Shown here piece by piece: positions 25,816-38,942 of a stretch of DNA of 64,000 nucleotides. The stretch lies in the NCBI GenBank assembly GCA_030390025.1, contig CM059432.1:131132001-131196000 (forward strand), written 5' to 3'. A program made the translations under genes and the position numbers. Under the pieces are notes generated by a model that was given only the letters and a program-made list of their open reading frames with translations, was not told the DNA's origin and made no database searches. The stretch is from Squalus acanthias. Lineage: Eukaryota. Numbering within the stretch: the stretch's first letter is position 1; every line of letters begins with the position of its first letter.

Positions 25816-26839
25816 AGTAGTATAATCTAAACTAAAATCCAGTACACTGAGAACATCCTGGCCAACATCTGGGTTACTTTTCACTGCTTCGCAACGTAAA
25901 TAGAAAACAGAATCCTGACCAGTACTGTTACTTTCAAGTACATTTTAATGATCACAATTTAATGATTTTTATAAAAAAAAGTATTATACTTTATTTATGT
26001 ATGCTCATTTTTAATTTAATTGTCCTGGACATAGCCAAATTAATTAATGATTAATAATACAGTGTACTATGCAATTCTAAAGGGAGGTTTAATTTATATG
26101 GCAAAACCTAATCATTTGAATGCAGGCAAATGGCAAAAGCATTGTGCCTTGAAGAAAACACTTACAGTAATTCAACTTCTGATGATTAGTATTTGAATTT
26201 CAGAAGCTCCAAGTAGAATGAAGTGTAATTAATGAGCTGTTTCTGCCTGAAATAAATGGCGCACTTAAGACGCTATAACCTGCAACTTTGAAATTGACGT
26301 TAATGCAAATAGGCAATGGTTACCATTTTTTGGCTGATACAATCGACCCCCATTTTAAACGTGAACATTTTAAGTGGTGGGGACTGTATAACCCTATATC
26401 ATGATCCTGGTTTTATAATTAATATTCCAGGCAACACAGCCTAGGTTCCTGTTTGCTTCGGCCGCAGCTCCTGCCACCAAGCTTGAATTTTGAGGAAGCG
26501 TTCAATGATTACTTCCAAATCTTTCTCTCTCTTAGTTACCTTAAACTGACACCCACTCATTATATTCCATGCCCTTGTTATGTGCACCTATGTGCATAAC
26601 TACACATTTGTCTACATTGTAGGACATTTGTTAGCTTTGGGCCCACTTCCCCAATCTATCTAAAATCAGTTGCAATCTCTTTCCCTCTTCTAGGTTCTGA
26701 CACACAATTTGATATCATCTACAAATTTAATTAAGGTGCTCTCTACTCCCACCTCCACATCATGAAAGATATACTGAACAGAACTGACTCCTGGGGTACC
26801 CCACTTGTGACGGGATCAAATTAGATATCTACCCTTGAT

Positions 26840-26981
26840 GTCAGTTTTGGCTCAGTGGGTAGCACTCTCGCCTCTGAGTCGGAAGGTTGTGGGTTCATTT
26901 CCCACTCCAGAGACTTGAGCACATAATCTAGGCTGACACTTCAGTGCAGTACTGAGGAAATGTCGCACTGTCTGAGGTGCA
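26840..26981 (+). mobile_element. tRNA-derived SINE 5' part (SacSINE1/DeuSINE-like)
   Basis: A box TGGCTCAGTGG and B-box-like GGTTCATTTCC, followed by a recalled Deu-type body. A matching 3' end lies on the - strand at about 60035-60137. Confidence 0.65.
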
Positions 26982-28028
26982 TAGAACGAAACGTCATCGA
27001 CCTGAAGCGTTAACTCTTTCTCTCTCCACAGATGCTGCCTGACCTGCTGAGTATTTCCAGCATTTTCTGTTTTTATTTCAGATTTCCAGCATCCACAGTA
27101 TTTTGCTTTTGTACCCTTTTAGCCAATTTTTAAAATCCAGTTTCCCTTTTCATTCCCCTCAATACCAATATTGAGGTATTGCAAGTACTTGGAGCACAGA
27201 CATTATTATGCACCTGCATAGCTTCAAGGCTATACTGCCTGATATCATACAGAACAGATATCATTTTGTTGGATTGACTTACCCCTATTCCTTGTCTGTA
27301 CCCCGTTAAGAATTGTTGCTATCCACTCAAACTGACATGTAATTAATCATTGTATTGTTTCGATACAGAAGTTTCCCCATTCATGCTAAGCATTGCCCTG
27401 GTTCTCTCATGAAAGTAGTGCACTGTTTAACTCCCTCTTACCAGTTAACATGGTTCAACATTCAGTAGTTTCAAGTTTGTCATGGCAGACTTTCTTGCGT
27501 GTCTACTTTGTGGCTTACCTTAGCAGGTTTCTTCATGTCTGGCATTTTTTTCCTAATATCTTTCCAGGCACTTCTGGTGAGATGGCCACCCTGCCATGAG
27601 TGGTATTCCTCCTTTCCCTCACTCTCTGCAGAAACACTTCCAGTGCCTGGTCATCAAAGCTTGTTATACTTTGTGTGACAGCCTTCATAGCATAGCAATA
27701 TTATAACATTAACCTCTTCCCATTGCTATTGCAGAGATTTCAATGACTGGCAAATGCTGTGGCTCATTATCATTCTTGCTGTTCCCTTGGACAGCCCACT
27801 GTGTGCGTGCTATACTGCACAATTTATCACTGTTCTATAAAGCAGTGAAAGCAGGGGATAATGGGCATGCTTTGGAGTGATCAAAAAGTACTAGCAGTGC
27901 TCAAGGAACCCTTGATTAGCACCAATAGTGATTTCTAGGCTATAGTGAGATCTAGGTAGGTGAGAATAACTATCAAAAAGGGAAGGCTTTTAAGGCCTAT
28001 AGGCCTTTTCCAATCCTTAAAATTTCTT

Positions 28029-29364
28029 GGGGTCATGTTTCTGCTTGTTATATCAGCTCAATCCGGGCAGAATTGACCGAATCAGTGCAAAAGATCGGGG
28101 AACTTTAAACGTGAGTTAGGCCCAAAACCACCTACCCTCGTGTTTTCCGCGATCTTTTCTACTGGTTCAAGATTCTATTTGGCCGAATTAGGCCCTGCCC
28201 CCAAAACTGGCCATGCCCCCATGTCGAAATTGCGAGATTCCGCCGATTGTGCTGTTTTGGGAAAGCTGTTTAAATTGTGCTAATTTTCTTAGACGCACAG
28301 GCACTAGTAGGCACGTTTTAAAAGTTTCATGTCAAAAAATATTTAATTTACTAAGAAACTGACTCGTGTATACCAATAAATGGTTCAGTATTGTTTTTTT
28401 AAAGTAATTTTCAGTGATTTTAAAATAGGTTACTCACAAGTGGAGGACCGGACATCCTTATTAAAAATGCTAATTCTTGGTGATAAACCCATTTTCAGCT
28501 GTATTAATAAAACTGAAACTGCACCAGGTTACCACTCTTAAATATATCCAGAAATACTTTTTAATGGAAAGAAAAAAAAAGCGATTACGTTCTATTACGC
28601 TGCCCAATTGTGCTGGTTCATGGAAGATTTTGGGGGCTAAATTCGGTTGATTTGCGCCTCCCTAAGAGGACGCTAACGCGGCGCCGCTAACACCTCCTGC
28701 GAAATTCAGCGGGAGATTAGCGGCGGCGCTGTGCTGACCCGGCTGTAGTATTGGGTGGCGCCCCCCCGACTTACCGCCGGACGTTATGTCCGCCAGGGTC
28801 AGGGGGGCCTACCTGCGGCCAGGGCGGCGCTAGTTAAAGGGGAGGTGGCGGGCGGCCATTTTTGTTGCTGGCCACCTGCCAGCACCTGCCCCCGTTGCTG
28901 TCCCTGGCTCCCGTGAAGTCCCCCCGCGGGGTGCTGGCTGCTCTCTGTGAGCCCAGCACTCCTCTTGAGTGCTGGGCTTGTTTGCCGGCACTCCCAATCC
29001 CTGGTGGCCCAGCTGGGTGCTGGGACGCGCTGCACCAGGCCCCTCCCCTTTAATAAGGGGAGGAAGACCTGCAGTACCACGGCACATAGCGCCGCGATAT
29101 TGGCTCGCAGCGCCCCAAGAGGAATGCGGGGCACTTCCAGTAGCGCCCCTCCTCCCTCTCGGGGCGCTACCTGGGAAAATCGGCCGCGAGGGCGCTAACT
29201 TTCTTGGGGCGCTAAAATTAGCACCCTACCCAATTTTTACCCCTTTACGTTTGTGGTAATGCAAATTAATTTTAGCGGAAGCTTGAAGTGTGACCTAACT
29301 AGCGCAATTTCAAGTTCATTTTGCCACAATTTCCTGATTGCACCCAAAGCGGAAACTCTACCCC
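28029..29364. mobile_element. Older Harbinger-type MITE hosting a younger MITE
   Basis: Imperfect TIR GGGGTCATGTTTCTGCTT / AAGCGGAAACTCTACCCC, TSD CTT. Confidence 0.6.
28632..29243. mobile_element. GC-rich Harbinger MITE related to the 5804/12237 ends
   Basis: GGGGGCTAAATTCGGTT...CAATTTTTACCCC, TSD TTT, repeated GGCGCTAA subterminal motifs. Confidence 0.8.
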
Positions 29365-30253
29365 CTTATGTTCTTATAACTAGTTGGCGAACCTGTTGCA
29401 CCAACTGTGCCATGTCCAATTAAATAATAACATGCAAGGCAACCAATGTTAGCATTAAATCTAGGTGCTTCTGGTCAACACAGTGATATAAATGTTCCAG
29501 TAGCTTGATGAAGCAGGAACATACCTTTCTCTATTGATTGGCAGGAGAAAACATTAAGAACACAAGGTCGCATGGAACCCAAAAAGAACATTTGTTCCAT
29601 CAACAACATTCCACTACAGACCATATGCAATTTGCTTGTCATAGGTTTTACCCCACCTATTTAATCACTTGAAGGGAGGCTCAACAATCTTCTCCATGAC
29701 ACCCAAATGCAACTGAGCAAAACACCACAATAATTATCTACACCACACCTCCATTATTCAAACATTGCCTATTGATTTCCATAGCTGATGATTTAATGAA
29801 GCTAGCTGCACAGGAACTATTGTGTTCCATAGAATATTTAATTACCGTTATCCATACAGCCATCAATCTATTCCTAGTTGCTGCTGGGCAGAGCATTTTC
29901 TATTTATCATAATTTTCTTTCTTTTGGCAGTTCCCATTGAGTCCAGCCAATGTTTTCTGAAAATATAATGTTTATAATAATTAGCACATTTCATTGCCAT
30001 TTGCTTGGACCATCCTCAAAATATCAGCATTCAAACTTAGAATAACTATAAATCTGCCTAATGGAACAATCTTCATACATTTACTAAGCATTACTATTAT
30101 TTGACGGATGAACCTTAATGGGAATTTTAGAATTTCTCGCAGGATATACTACTTATTGATGCCTTTTAGTATATGGAGGCTGTGAATTAAGAAGCGAGAT
30201 ACATTACTTAATTACCTACTTTGAATGAAAGCATCTCCATATATCATATCACA

Positions 30254-32590
30254 CACATAAGAACATAAGAAATAGGAGCAGGAATAGGCCACTTGGCCCC
30301 TCGAGCCTGCTCCGCTATTCAATAAGATTATGGCTGATCTTGGGCACAAAACCACTTCCCTGCCCGCTCCCCATAACCCTTCACTCCCTTATCTTGCAAA
30401 AATCTGTCTATCTCTACCTTAAATGTATTTAATGACCCAGCCTCCACGGCTCTCTGGGGCAGAGAATTCCACAGATTTACGACCCTCTGAGAGAAGAAAT
30501 GCCTCCTCATCTCAGTTCTAAAAGGGCGACCCTTTATTCTGAAACTATGCCCCCGAGTTCTAGATTTTCCCACAAGGGGAAACATCCTCTCTGCATCTAC
30601 CTTGTCGAGCCCCCTCAGTATCTTATATTATATTATATTATACCAGGACCTCAAACCCGGCACTAAGCTCATGGTCTACAGAGCAGCAGTGATACACGCC
30701 CTGCTGTATGCCTCAGAGACATGGACCATGTACAGCAGGCACCTCAAAGCACTGGAGAGGTACCACCAACGCTGCCTCCGCAAGATCCTGCAAATCCATT
30801 GGCAGGATAGGCGCACCAACGTCAGTGTTCTTGCTCAGGCCAACATCCCCAGCATCGAAGCTTTGACCACGCTCGATCAGCTCCGATTGACCAGTCACAT
30901 TGTCCGCATGCCCGATACGAGACTCCCAAAACAAGGGCTCTACTCGGAGCTCCGGCATGGCAAGAGAGCCCCAGGTGGGCAGAGGAAACGCTTCAAGGAC
31001 ACCCTCAAAGCCTCCTTGAAAAAGTGCAACATCCCCACCGACACCTGGGAATCCCTGGCCCAAGACCACACAAAGTGGAGGAGAAGCATCCGGGAAGGCG
31101 CCGAACACCTCGAGTCTCTTCGCCGGGAGCAAGCGGAAGCCAAGCGCAGGCAGCGCAAGGAGCGCACGTCAACCCAAGCACCCCACCCACCTGCCCCTTC
31201 AACCACCGTCTGCCCCACCTGTGACAGAGACTGTAGGTCCCGCATTGGACTCATCAGTCACCTGCGAACTCATTTTTAGTGTGGAAGCAAGTCATCCTCG
31301 GTTCTGAGGGACTGCCTAAGAAGAAGAAGATATGTTTCAATAAGATCACCTCTCATTCTTCTAAATTCCAATGTGTATAGGCCCAACCTGCTCAACCTTT
31401 CTTCATAAGTCAATCCCCTCATCTCAGGAATCAACCGAGTGAATTGTCTCTGAACTGCCTCCAATGCAAGTATATCCTTCCTAAAATAAGGAGACAAAAA
31501 CTGTACGCAGTACTCAAGATGTGGTCTCACCAATACCCTGTACAGTTGTAGCAGGACTTCCCTGCTTTTATACTCCAACCCCCTTGCAATAAAGGCCAAC
31601 ATTCCATTTGCCTTTTTGATTACTTGCTGTACCTGCATGCTAATGTTTTGTGTTTCATGCACAAGGACCCCCAGGTCCCTCTGAACTGTAGCATTTTGTA
31701 ATCTCTCTCCATTTAAATAATAATTAGCTTTTTTATTTTTCCTGCCAAAGTGGATAACCTCGCACTTTCCCACATTATACTCCATCTGCCAAATGTTTGC
31801 CCACTCACTTAGCCTGTCTGTATCCCTTTGCAGATTCTTTGAGTCCTCTGCACAACTTGCTTTCCCATCATCTTTGTATCATCTGCCAAACCTGGCTACA
31901 TTACACTCGGTCCATTCATCCAAGTCATTAATGTAGATTGTAAATAGTTGAGGCCCCAGCACCGATTTCTGTGGCACCCCACTAGTTACCGTTTGCCAAC
32001 CGTAAAATTACCCATTTATCCTGACTCTCTGCTTTCTGTTAGTTAGCCAATTCTCTATCCATGCTAATATATTACCCCCAACTCCATGAGCTCTTATCTT
32101 ATGCAGTAACCTTTTATGTGGCACCTTATCGAATGCCTTCTGGAAATCCTTATCCATCCTGCTTGTTACATCCTCAAAGAACTCCAGCAAATTTGTTAAA
32201 CATGATTTCCCTTTCATAAAACCATGCTGACTCTGCTTGACTGCATTATGATTTTCCAAATGCCCTGCTACTGCTTCTTCAATGAAGGACTCCAGCATTT
32301 TCCCAACGACAGATGTTAGGCTAACTGGTCTATAGTTTCCTGCTTTCTGTCTCCCTCTTTCTTAAATAGGGGTGTTACATTTGCGGTTTTCCAATCTGCT
32401 GGGACCTCTCCAGAGTCCAGGGAATTTTGGTATATTGCAACCAATGCATCCACTATCTCTGCAGCCACTTCTTTTAAGACCCAGGGATGCAGGCCATCTG
32501 GTCCAGGGGACTTGTCGTATTTTAGTCCCATTATTTTACCAAGTACTTTTTCCTTAGTGATAGTGATTGTCTTTAGTTCCCCCCTCCCTG
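30254..32590 (-). mobile_element. 5'-truncated CR1 interrupted by an RTE element
   Basis: RT ORFs 32316..32612, 32008..32298, 31276..31785, 30328..30585. (TTCTTATG)n tail. Confidence 0.9.
30641..31330 (+). mobile_element. RTE-clade LINE 3' fragment
   Basis: LLYASETW...YHQRCLRKILQIHWQD...RMPDTRLPK...GGQRKRFKDTLK, C-terminal CPTC...HLRTH finger, short 3'UTR, (AAG)n tail. Confidence 0.88.
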
Positions 32591-33373
32591 TGGCCCTGTG
32601 TAATTGACCCATTGCCTGCTCCTTTTGGCCTGAAAGTAATTATTTGTTTGGTTGAAAAATTAAGATGCAATGTTGAATGGCCCGGATAAATGAAAGTGTT
32701 ATTTTGGGTCAAGAGTCCCCTCTCCTATGCTAACACCATGAGGCCAGGGAAATGGTGTGGGCAAGATAAGGGTAGTCCTTTATAAACAAGATGGCTATTG
32801 TGGATCAAATAGGCATAGAGTCCCTGTTGAAAAATAGGTCAGTTACGGGCAAGGTAAGAATGGCCCGGATAAATGAAAGTGTTATTTTGGGTCAAGAGTC
32901 CCCTCTCCTGAAAAACTGTATCAAGCAGGTGTTTAGCCTCTGGAGTGTTGCTCAGTCACATTATGGTGAGGCCCCGAAATTATATATTTTCCGGCGCCTT
33001 CATGATTTTAATGCATATTTTGACTGGAGGCTCCCAGCACTTGAGTTGCTAGCTGGCTGCATTAGGTGCAGAGCACGCCATAAGTCTCCATGTCCAGTAT
33101 TACAAGGAGTTGGTGCCTGTCCCTGTATGAGGATAGTTTCTTTTAAAGAATGAAAAGACCCTACAAGTTAGGCAGTCTGTTACACCCTGTTATGGGTACT
33201 GGAATATGTGGGTTTGAACAAACTCCTACTATTGACTAATAATTAGTAATTGGGACAACATGACCTCTGCTTATGACACACTTGGCTGATGTGATATTCT
33301 TGTATCAAGACCACTTTGGAGAAACAAACTTTTTGCACATTTTCTTACTTGGTGTATATTCATTTATTTATAG

Positions 33374-33535
33374 CGAATATTGAGGCACGAACTTTTGAAG
33401 AACGGCAGACCCCATTCCATTTTGCAGCTAAGTATGATGCAGTAAATGCTCTTCAGTGCTTACACGACTATGGTGTGAATATTCATGCTGTGGATTACAA
33501 GGAAAGAACTTCATTGTATCTGGCAGCACTTCATG
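33374..33535 (+). CDS. Host gene exon C: (A)NIEARTFEERQTPFHFAAKYDAVNALQCLHDYGVNIHAVDYKERTSLYLAALH
   Basis: TTTATAG acceptor and GTAATT donor. 162 nt, phase 1/1. Ankyrin repeats; lies within ORF 33316..33555. Confidence 0.9.
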
Positions 33536-33724
33536 GTAATTGTCAAGATGAGTAAAACTGAATAATCATTAGTCAATGCAATACATCGGTGTACCAAGGT
33601 TGTTCTACATGGAGTGATGAGATGTATATTTGTGCTAATGGTTATTAGATAAGATGCTTCTTTGGAGGGAAAATTGGAGGATTAGTCAAACATACCTTGC
33701 ACCAACCACTTAAAGTTAAACAGG

Positions 33725-34150
33725 AATAAAAACAGAAAATGCGGGAAATACTGAGCAGGTCAGGCAGCATCTGCGGAGAGAGAAACAGAGTTAACATTTC
33801 AGGTCGATGAACTTTCATCAGAACTGAAAAAAGTTAGAGATGTAACATGTGCTAAGCAAGTACAGAGGCAGGGAAAGGGGGGAGGGTAGGAAAGAACAAA
33901 AGGGAAGGTCTGTGATAGGGTGGAAGACAGGAGAGATTAAATGACAAAAGGGATAATGATGCATGACAAAAGGGAGTGGTAGTACGACAAATAAAGAAAC
34001 AAAAGATGAGTCCAGAGGAGGTGTAACTGGCAATAGCAGAATCATTGCCAACAGCTGCTGTCCGAAAAAATGGGAGCAGTGGTTATGATCTGAAATTGTT
34101 GAACTCAGTGTTGAGTCCGGAAGGCTTTAAAGTGCCTAATTGAAAGATGA
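33725..34150. mobile_element. Penelope-like repeat fragment (related copies at about 26990-27110, 56762-56850, 57298-57425, 60160-60262)
   Basis: Recurrent motif AAAACAGAAAATGCTGGAAATACTCAGCAGGTCAGGCAGCATCTG in both orientations. Family assignment from memory. Confidence 0.55.
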
Positions 34151-35091
34151 GTTAAACTGGAGTAGGTGACTTGCTGTGCCACTTTAAGAATGGTCCATTG
34201 CATATGTTTGGAATGGGACATAAAGGTACTTAAAGCTAACTAAAATAGGGCAGGAAAAAAGTGTTTGAGATATTGGAGAAAATAACATAAAATAAACGTT
34301 GCAGAGAAGCAGATTGAAAGGGAAATTAACATTTTAAAGTACAGCAGCAAAAATTAAAAATATAAAGTAATGCAGCTTTAAGTTGCCGAAATAATTACAA
34401 AGTATTCTTTTGCTTTAAAAAGTTCTTGTATTTATCAAATCATTTTACCAGTCTTTGTTTTTATTAACATGATAAAATAGAATTATTTAATTGAATAACT
34501 TTTGTCGATGCTATTTTTAATCCTATGTGCACGGACATCCAGATAAGTCTCTGTATCTACTTTAATCATTAAACTGTGTAAATTATATGATTATGCTACA
34601 TTCTCCTGTTCTGTATCCTCTACACTTCACTAGAGGAAATCTGGTTATCTGGTTGAATGTAGAGGAAAAAACATGAGGTACAATTTTTGGTATTTCAGAT
34701 GTTGCCCACTTGACTCCTTGCCCACATGGTAGTAGAGTATAGTGCACCTCACAAGCAGAACCCCTCTGTTCAATTTTTTCCCCCTTTCCTTTGCAATGCA
34801 ATTGTATTTTCATATGAATGATGCCACTGTGGCGGATCGCCACCTAAAACGGGCATAATCCACTCTTCCGTCTGTGGACAAATTTCCAGCCCCTCCCCTT
34901 TAAGGCACATTACCTTTAAGGCAGAAGGGGGCGGGGCCTCATGTTTTACCCAGAGAATTCTGGGAGTTTTTCCAGAGAATTCTGGGAGCAGTCTCTCGCA
35001 GCCATTTTGTTATAGCATGCAGTGAATAAAAGTTTCTTGTTTTCCACTCATGGATTCAGCCTCCATTCGTGTTTCGCGGCAGCCTCAACAT

Positions 35092-35105
35092 TGGTGACCC
35101 CGACG
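35092..35105 (+). promoter_or_regulatory. Primer binding site, tRNA-Trp
   Basis: TGGTGACCCCGACG, 1 nt after the 5' LTR, matches the first 14 nt of the known tRNA-Trp PBS. Confidence 0.85.
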
Positions 35106-35130
35106 CTCAGAACGTATTCCGAGCACTGCA

Positions 35131-38100
35131 ATGGCGGACACGAACGCAGTTTCCGTGAAACTGCTGGAGTTTTGGGAAAACCAGCCCGAAGCCTGGTTTC
35201 TCCAAGCTGAATCTCGCTTCCGGCTGCGAAATATCACCACAGATGGGACGAAGTACGACTACCTCGTCACATCACTCAGTAGCGCTGCAGTTTCCAAGGT
35301 TTGGACAACGCTGCAGAACCCACCAGAGGAAGGCAAGTACGCACATCTCAGAACAGCGCTCCTTAAAAAATTTACGGCCTCGGCATATCAGCGAAACTGC
35401 CACCTCCTCGACCTTCCAGGCCTCGGTGATGCCTCACCGTCAGACCTCCTCTCCCACATGCTCTCCCTCACCGACGAGAGCCCACCTGGATCCCTCTTCC
35501 GCACGCTGTTCATCCGCCAGCTCCCTCTCAGCATCCGCCCAGCGATCGTGGCGTCCGGCCTCACGAACCTGGAAGCCCTGGCCGATGAGGCCGACAAGCT
35601 GCTGTCCGCTCACTCCAGCCGCGACGTCACTCTGGACCTGGCAGCCAATGCCTGGGCGCACCCCTCACCGGCCACCACGCGGCCACAAGGACCAGCCACC
35701 AGGCCCACGGGGCCTTCGCGCCCCACTAACCCGGGCCACTGTTACTACCACGCACGGTTCGGCGCCAGGGCACAACGGTGCACACCTCCCTGCTCTTTCA
35801 AGTCCGCCCCCGTTCCAGCCCCCGCGATGGCCGTGGGCCACGCGGGCTCCCTGCTGTTCGTCACGGATGACAAAACCGGCCGCCGGTTCCTGTGCGACAC
35901 TGGGGCTCAGCACAGCATCATCCCGGCCTCCGCCCTCGACATCCAAAAGGGCGAACGAGGACCGGCGCTGGCTGCTGCTAACGGCTCGGAAATCCGGACG
36001 TATGGCACCCGGACAGTCACCCTCGACCTCGCTGGTCACCGCTACCGATGGGAGTTCATCACTGCCAAGGTGCTCACCCCCCTCATCGGCGCAGATTTCC
36101 TGTGTGCCCACGGCTTACTGGTAGACATCCCTCGTCACCGCCTCGTGGACATGAACACCATGTCCCCCATCCTGGGCGCCATGGCCCCCCGTCAACCCGC
36201 CGACATGGCGTCACAGTGCCACGCCCGGGCCACGGATGACTACTCGGCACTCCTGGCCGAATTCCCGGCCCTTACCAATCCGACCTTCTCCGCGGAGGCC
36301 GCCAAACACGGGGTGGAACACTTCATCCCCACCACAGGCCCCCCAGTGTATGCCCACGCCCGCAGGCTGGACCCGGCCAAACTGGAGATCGCACGGACCG
36401 AGTTTGCCACCATGGAACAGCTCGGCATCATCCGCCGCTCCAACAGTCCCTGGGCCTCCCCACTCCACATCGCCCCCAAACCAGGCGGAGGTTGGCGCCC
36501 CTGCGGGGATTACCGCCGCCTCAATGACGCCACCACCCCTGATCGGTACCCCGTGCCGCACATTCAGGACTTCTCGGCTAGACTGGCCGGCCGCTCAGTC
36601 TTTTCCAAGGTCGACCTGGTGCGCGGCTACCACCAAGTCCCCGTCCACCCCGCGGACGTCCCCAAGATGGCCGTAATCACCCCCTTCAGCCTGTTCGAGT
36701 TCCTGCGGATGCCCTTCGGCCTCAAAAACGCGGCCCAGGCATTCCAACGGCTCATGGACTCGGTCCTTCGGGACCTGAAGTTCCTGTTCGTCTACCTGGA
36801 CGACATCCTGGTAGCCAGTTCCTCCAAGCAGGAACACCTCGAACACCTTCGCATCCTGTTCGGGCGCCTCAGCGACCACGGGCTCATCCTCAGCCCAGCC
36901 AAATGCCAGTTCGGCCTGGACAAGATCGACTTCCTCGGCCACCACATCACCCCTGCTGGGGCCATTCCCCTGCCCACCAAGGTGCAGGCCGTCCAACAAT
37001 TTCCCCGCCCCACCACCATCAAAGGCATCCAGGAGTTCCTCGGGATGGTGAATTTCTATAACCGCTTCATCCCCAAAGCGGCGTCCCTCATGAGGCCCCT
37101 GTATGAAGCCCTCCGGGGCAGGAGCGGCAAGATGGCGGTCGAATGGACGGCAGACGCGTCCGCCGCCTTCGATTCCACCAAGACCGCGCTCGCCAACGCC
37201 ACCCTGCTTGCGCACCCACGGCCCAATGCCAGGGTAGCGCTCACCACGGACGCCTCCGACCACACGGTCGGCGCCGTGTATGAGCAGTGGGTCGACGGCG
37301 CCTGGCAACCACTTGCCTTCTTCAGCCGCCAACTACGCCCCCCGGAGGTCAAGTACAGCACCTTCGATCGCGAGCTCCTCGCGCTGTTCCTGGCGGTCCA
37401 CCATTTCTGGTTTTTGCTTGAGGGCCACCCCTTCACTGCGTTTGTCGACCACAAGCCCCTGACATTCGCAATGGCAAAGACAACCGACCCCTGGTCCGCC
37501 AGGCAGCAGCGCCAGCTCGCGGCAGTGTCCGAGTTCACCACGGACATCCAACACGTCTCCGGCCGAGACAATGTGGTAGCCGACTGCCTCTCCCGCCCCG
37601 CCATCCACGCCGCACACCTAGCAGTCGACTACGCTCAACTCGCAGCAGACCAGATCACCGACCCTGATCTGCTCTCCGCACCCACCAACCTACCAGGGCT
37701 ACGCCTGGCCGACGTCGCCTGTGGCCCGACCGCAGTCATGGTCAAGTGCGACATATCCCTATGTCAACCTCGGCCCGTCGTCCCAGCGTCCTGGCGCCGC
37801 CGGGTATTCGACATTCTCCACAACCTCTCCCACCCCGGCGCCCGCGCATCCATCAAATTGGTAGCCAACCGCTTTGTCTGGCGCGGCCTTCGCAAGGATG
37901 TGCGTACTTGGGCCAACTCTGCCTAGCCTGCCAACGGGCCAAGGTACAGCAACACACGAAAGCACCCCTCGAGGAGTTTACCGTCCCCTCTCGGAGATTC
38001 GACCACATCCACGTGGACATCGTCGGGCCCCTGCCGCCGTCGCAAGGCCACACGCACTTGCTGACCATCGTTGACCGCACCACACGCTGGCCTGAGGCAA

Positions 38101-38942
38101 TTCCACTGACCTCTACCACCACCGCCGACATCGCCAGAGCCTTCGTCAGCACCTGGGTCGCACGGTTCGGCGTCCCCTCCGACATGACGTCGGACAGAGG
38201 TCCGCAATTTACCTCTGAACTCTGGACCGCCGTCGCACGCAATCTCGGGGTGACCATTCACCGCACCACAGCGTATCACCCCCAAGCCAACGGACTGTGT
38301 GAGCGGTTCCACAGATCCTTGAAGGCATCTCTTCGAGCCAGCCTCCAAGACGGCGCCTGGACTGACCGACTTCCGTGGGTCCTCCTCGGCCTGCGCACCG
38401 CGGTTAAAGAAGACCTCCACGCATCGGCAGCAGAGCTCGTGTACGGTCAGCCGCTGCGCGTACCCGGCGAGTTCCTGCCCACCGCCACGACACCCTGGTC
38501 AGCCGACCAGCAACGCCACGACTTCGCCTCACCGGCGCTGCAGTTCGCCCCGGTGCCCATTGCCCGACACGGCGAATCCACCTCACACGTCCCACTAAGC
38601 CTGCACCAGGCACGGTTTGTTTTCGTCCGGCACGACGCCCACCGCGGACCCCTTCAACCCCCGTACGACGGGCCCTACAAGGTGCTACAGGCTGGGGACA
38701 AATTTTTCACCCTGCAAGTGGGCGACAGGACCGAAAAAGTGTCGGTGGACCGACTCAAGCCAGCACACTCGGAGCCCGGGGAGCAGGTCCCTGTAGCTCG
38801 TCCACCTCCACGCGGCCGACCTGCCCTCAAGCCGGTTCACCCGGCTGCTCCACGCCCGGCCGTTCCACGTCCACCGGCGTCCTACAAGAGCCGCTCCGGC
38901 CGGCCCATCAGACCGCCGCACCGTCTCGTCCACACCTCCTAA
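35131..38942 (+). CDS. Gag-Pol polyprotein (Gag CHCC knuckle, protease, RT, RNase H, integrase) with one frameshift at about 37920
   Basis: CYYHARFGARAQRCTPPC; LCDTGA; YLDD; TDAS; H-H-C-C split at WANS|CLACQ; HVDIVGP, SDRGPQF, NGLCERF; GPY motif. ORFs 35131..37926 and 37746..38942. Confidence 0.93.

Noticed and set aside
26840..26925. tRNA gene
   Set aside because: The tRNA-like head continues into a SINE body and no clean cloverleaf is evident.
32820..32909. - strand IYPGHSYL resembling a parvoviral PLA2 motif
   Set aside because: A stop follows within a few codons and the downstream catalytic HD motif is absent.
37746..37926. Programmed frameshift between the two Gypsy ORFs
   Set aside because: The break is inside the integrase HHCC finger with no slippery heptamer. 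A 1-bp deletion or sequencing error is simpler.
35243..38420. Long overlapping and antisense ORFs in the Gypsy element
   Set aside because: Expected from high GC content and codon bias; no domains.
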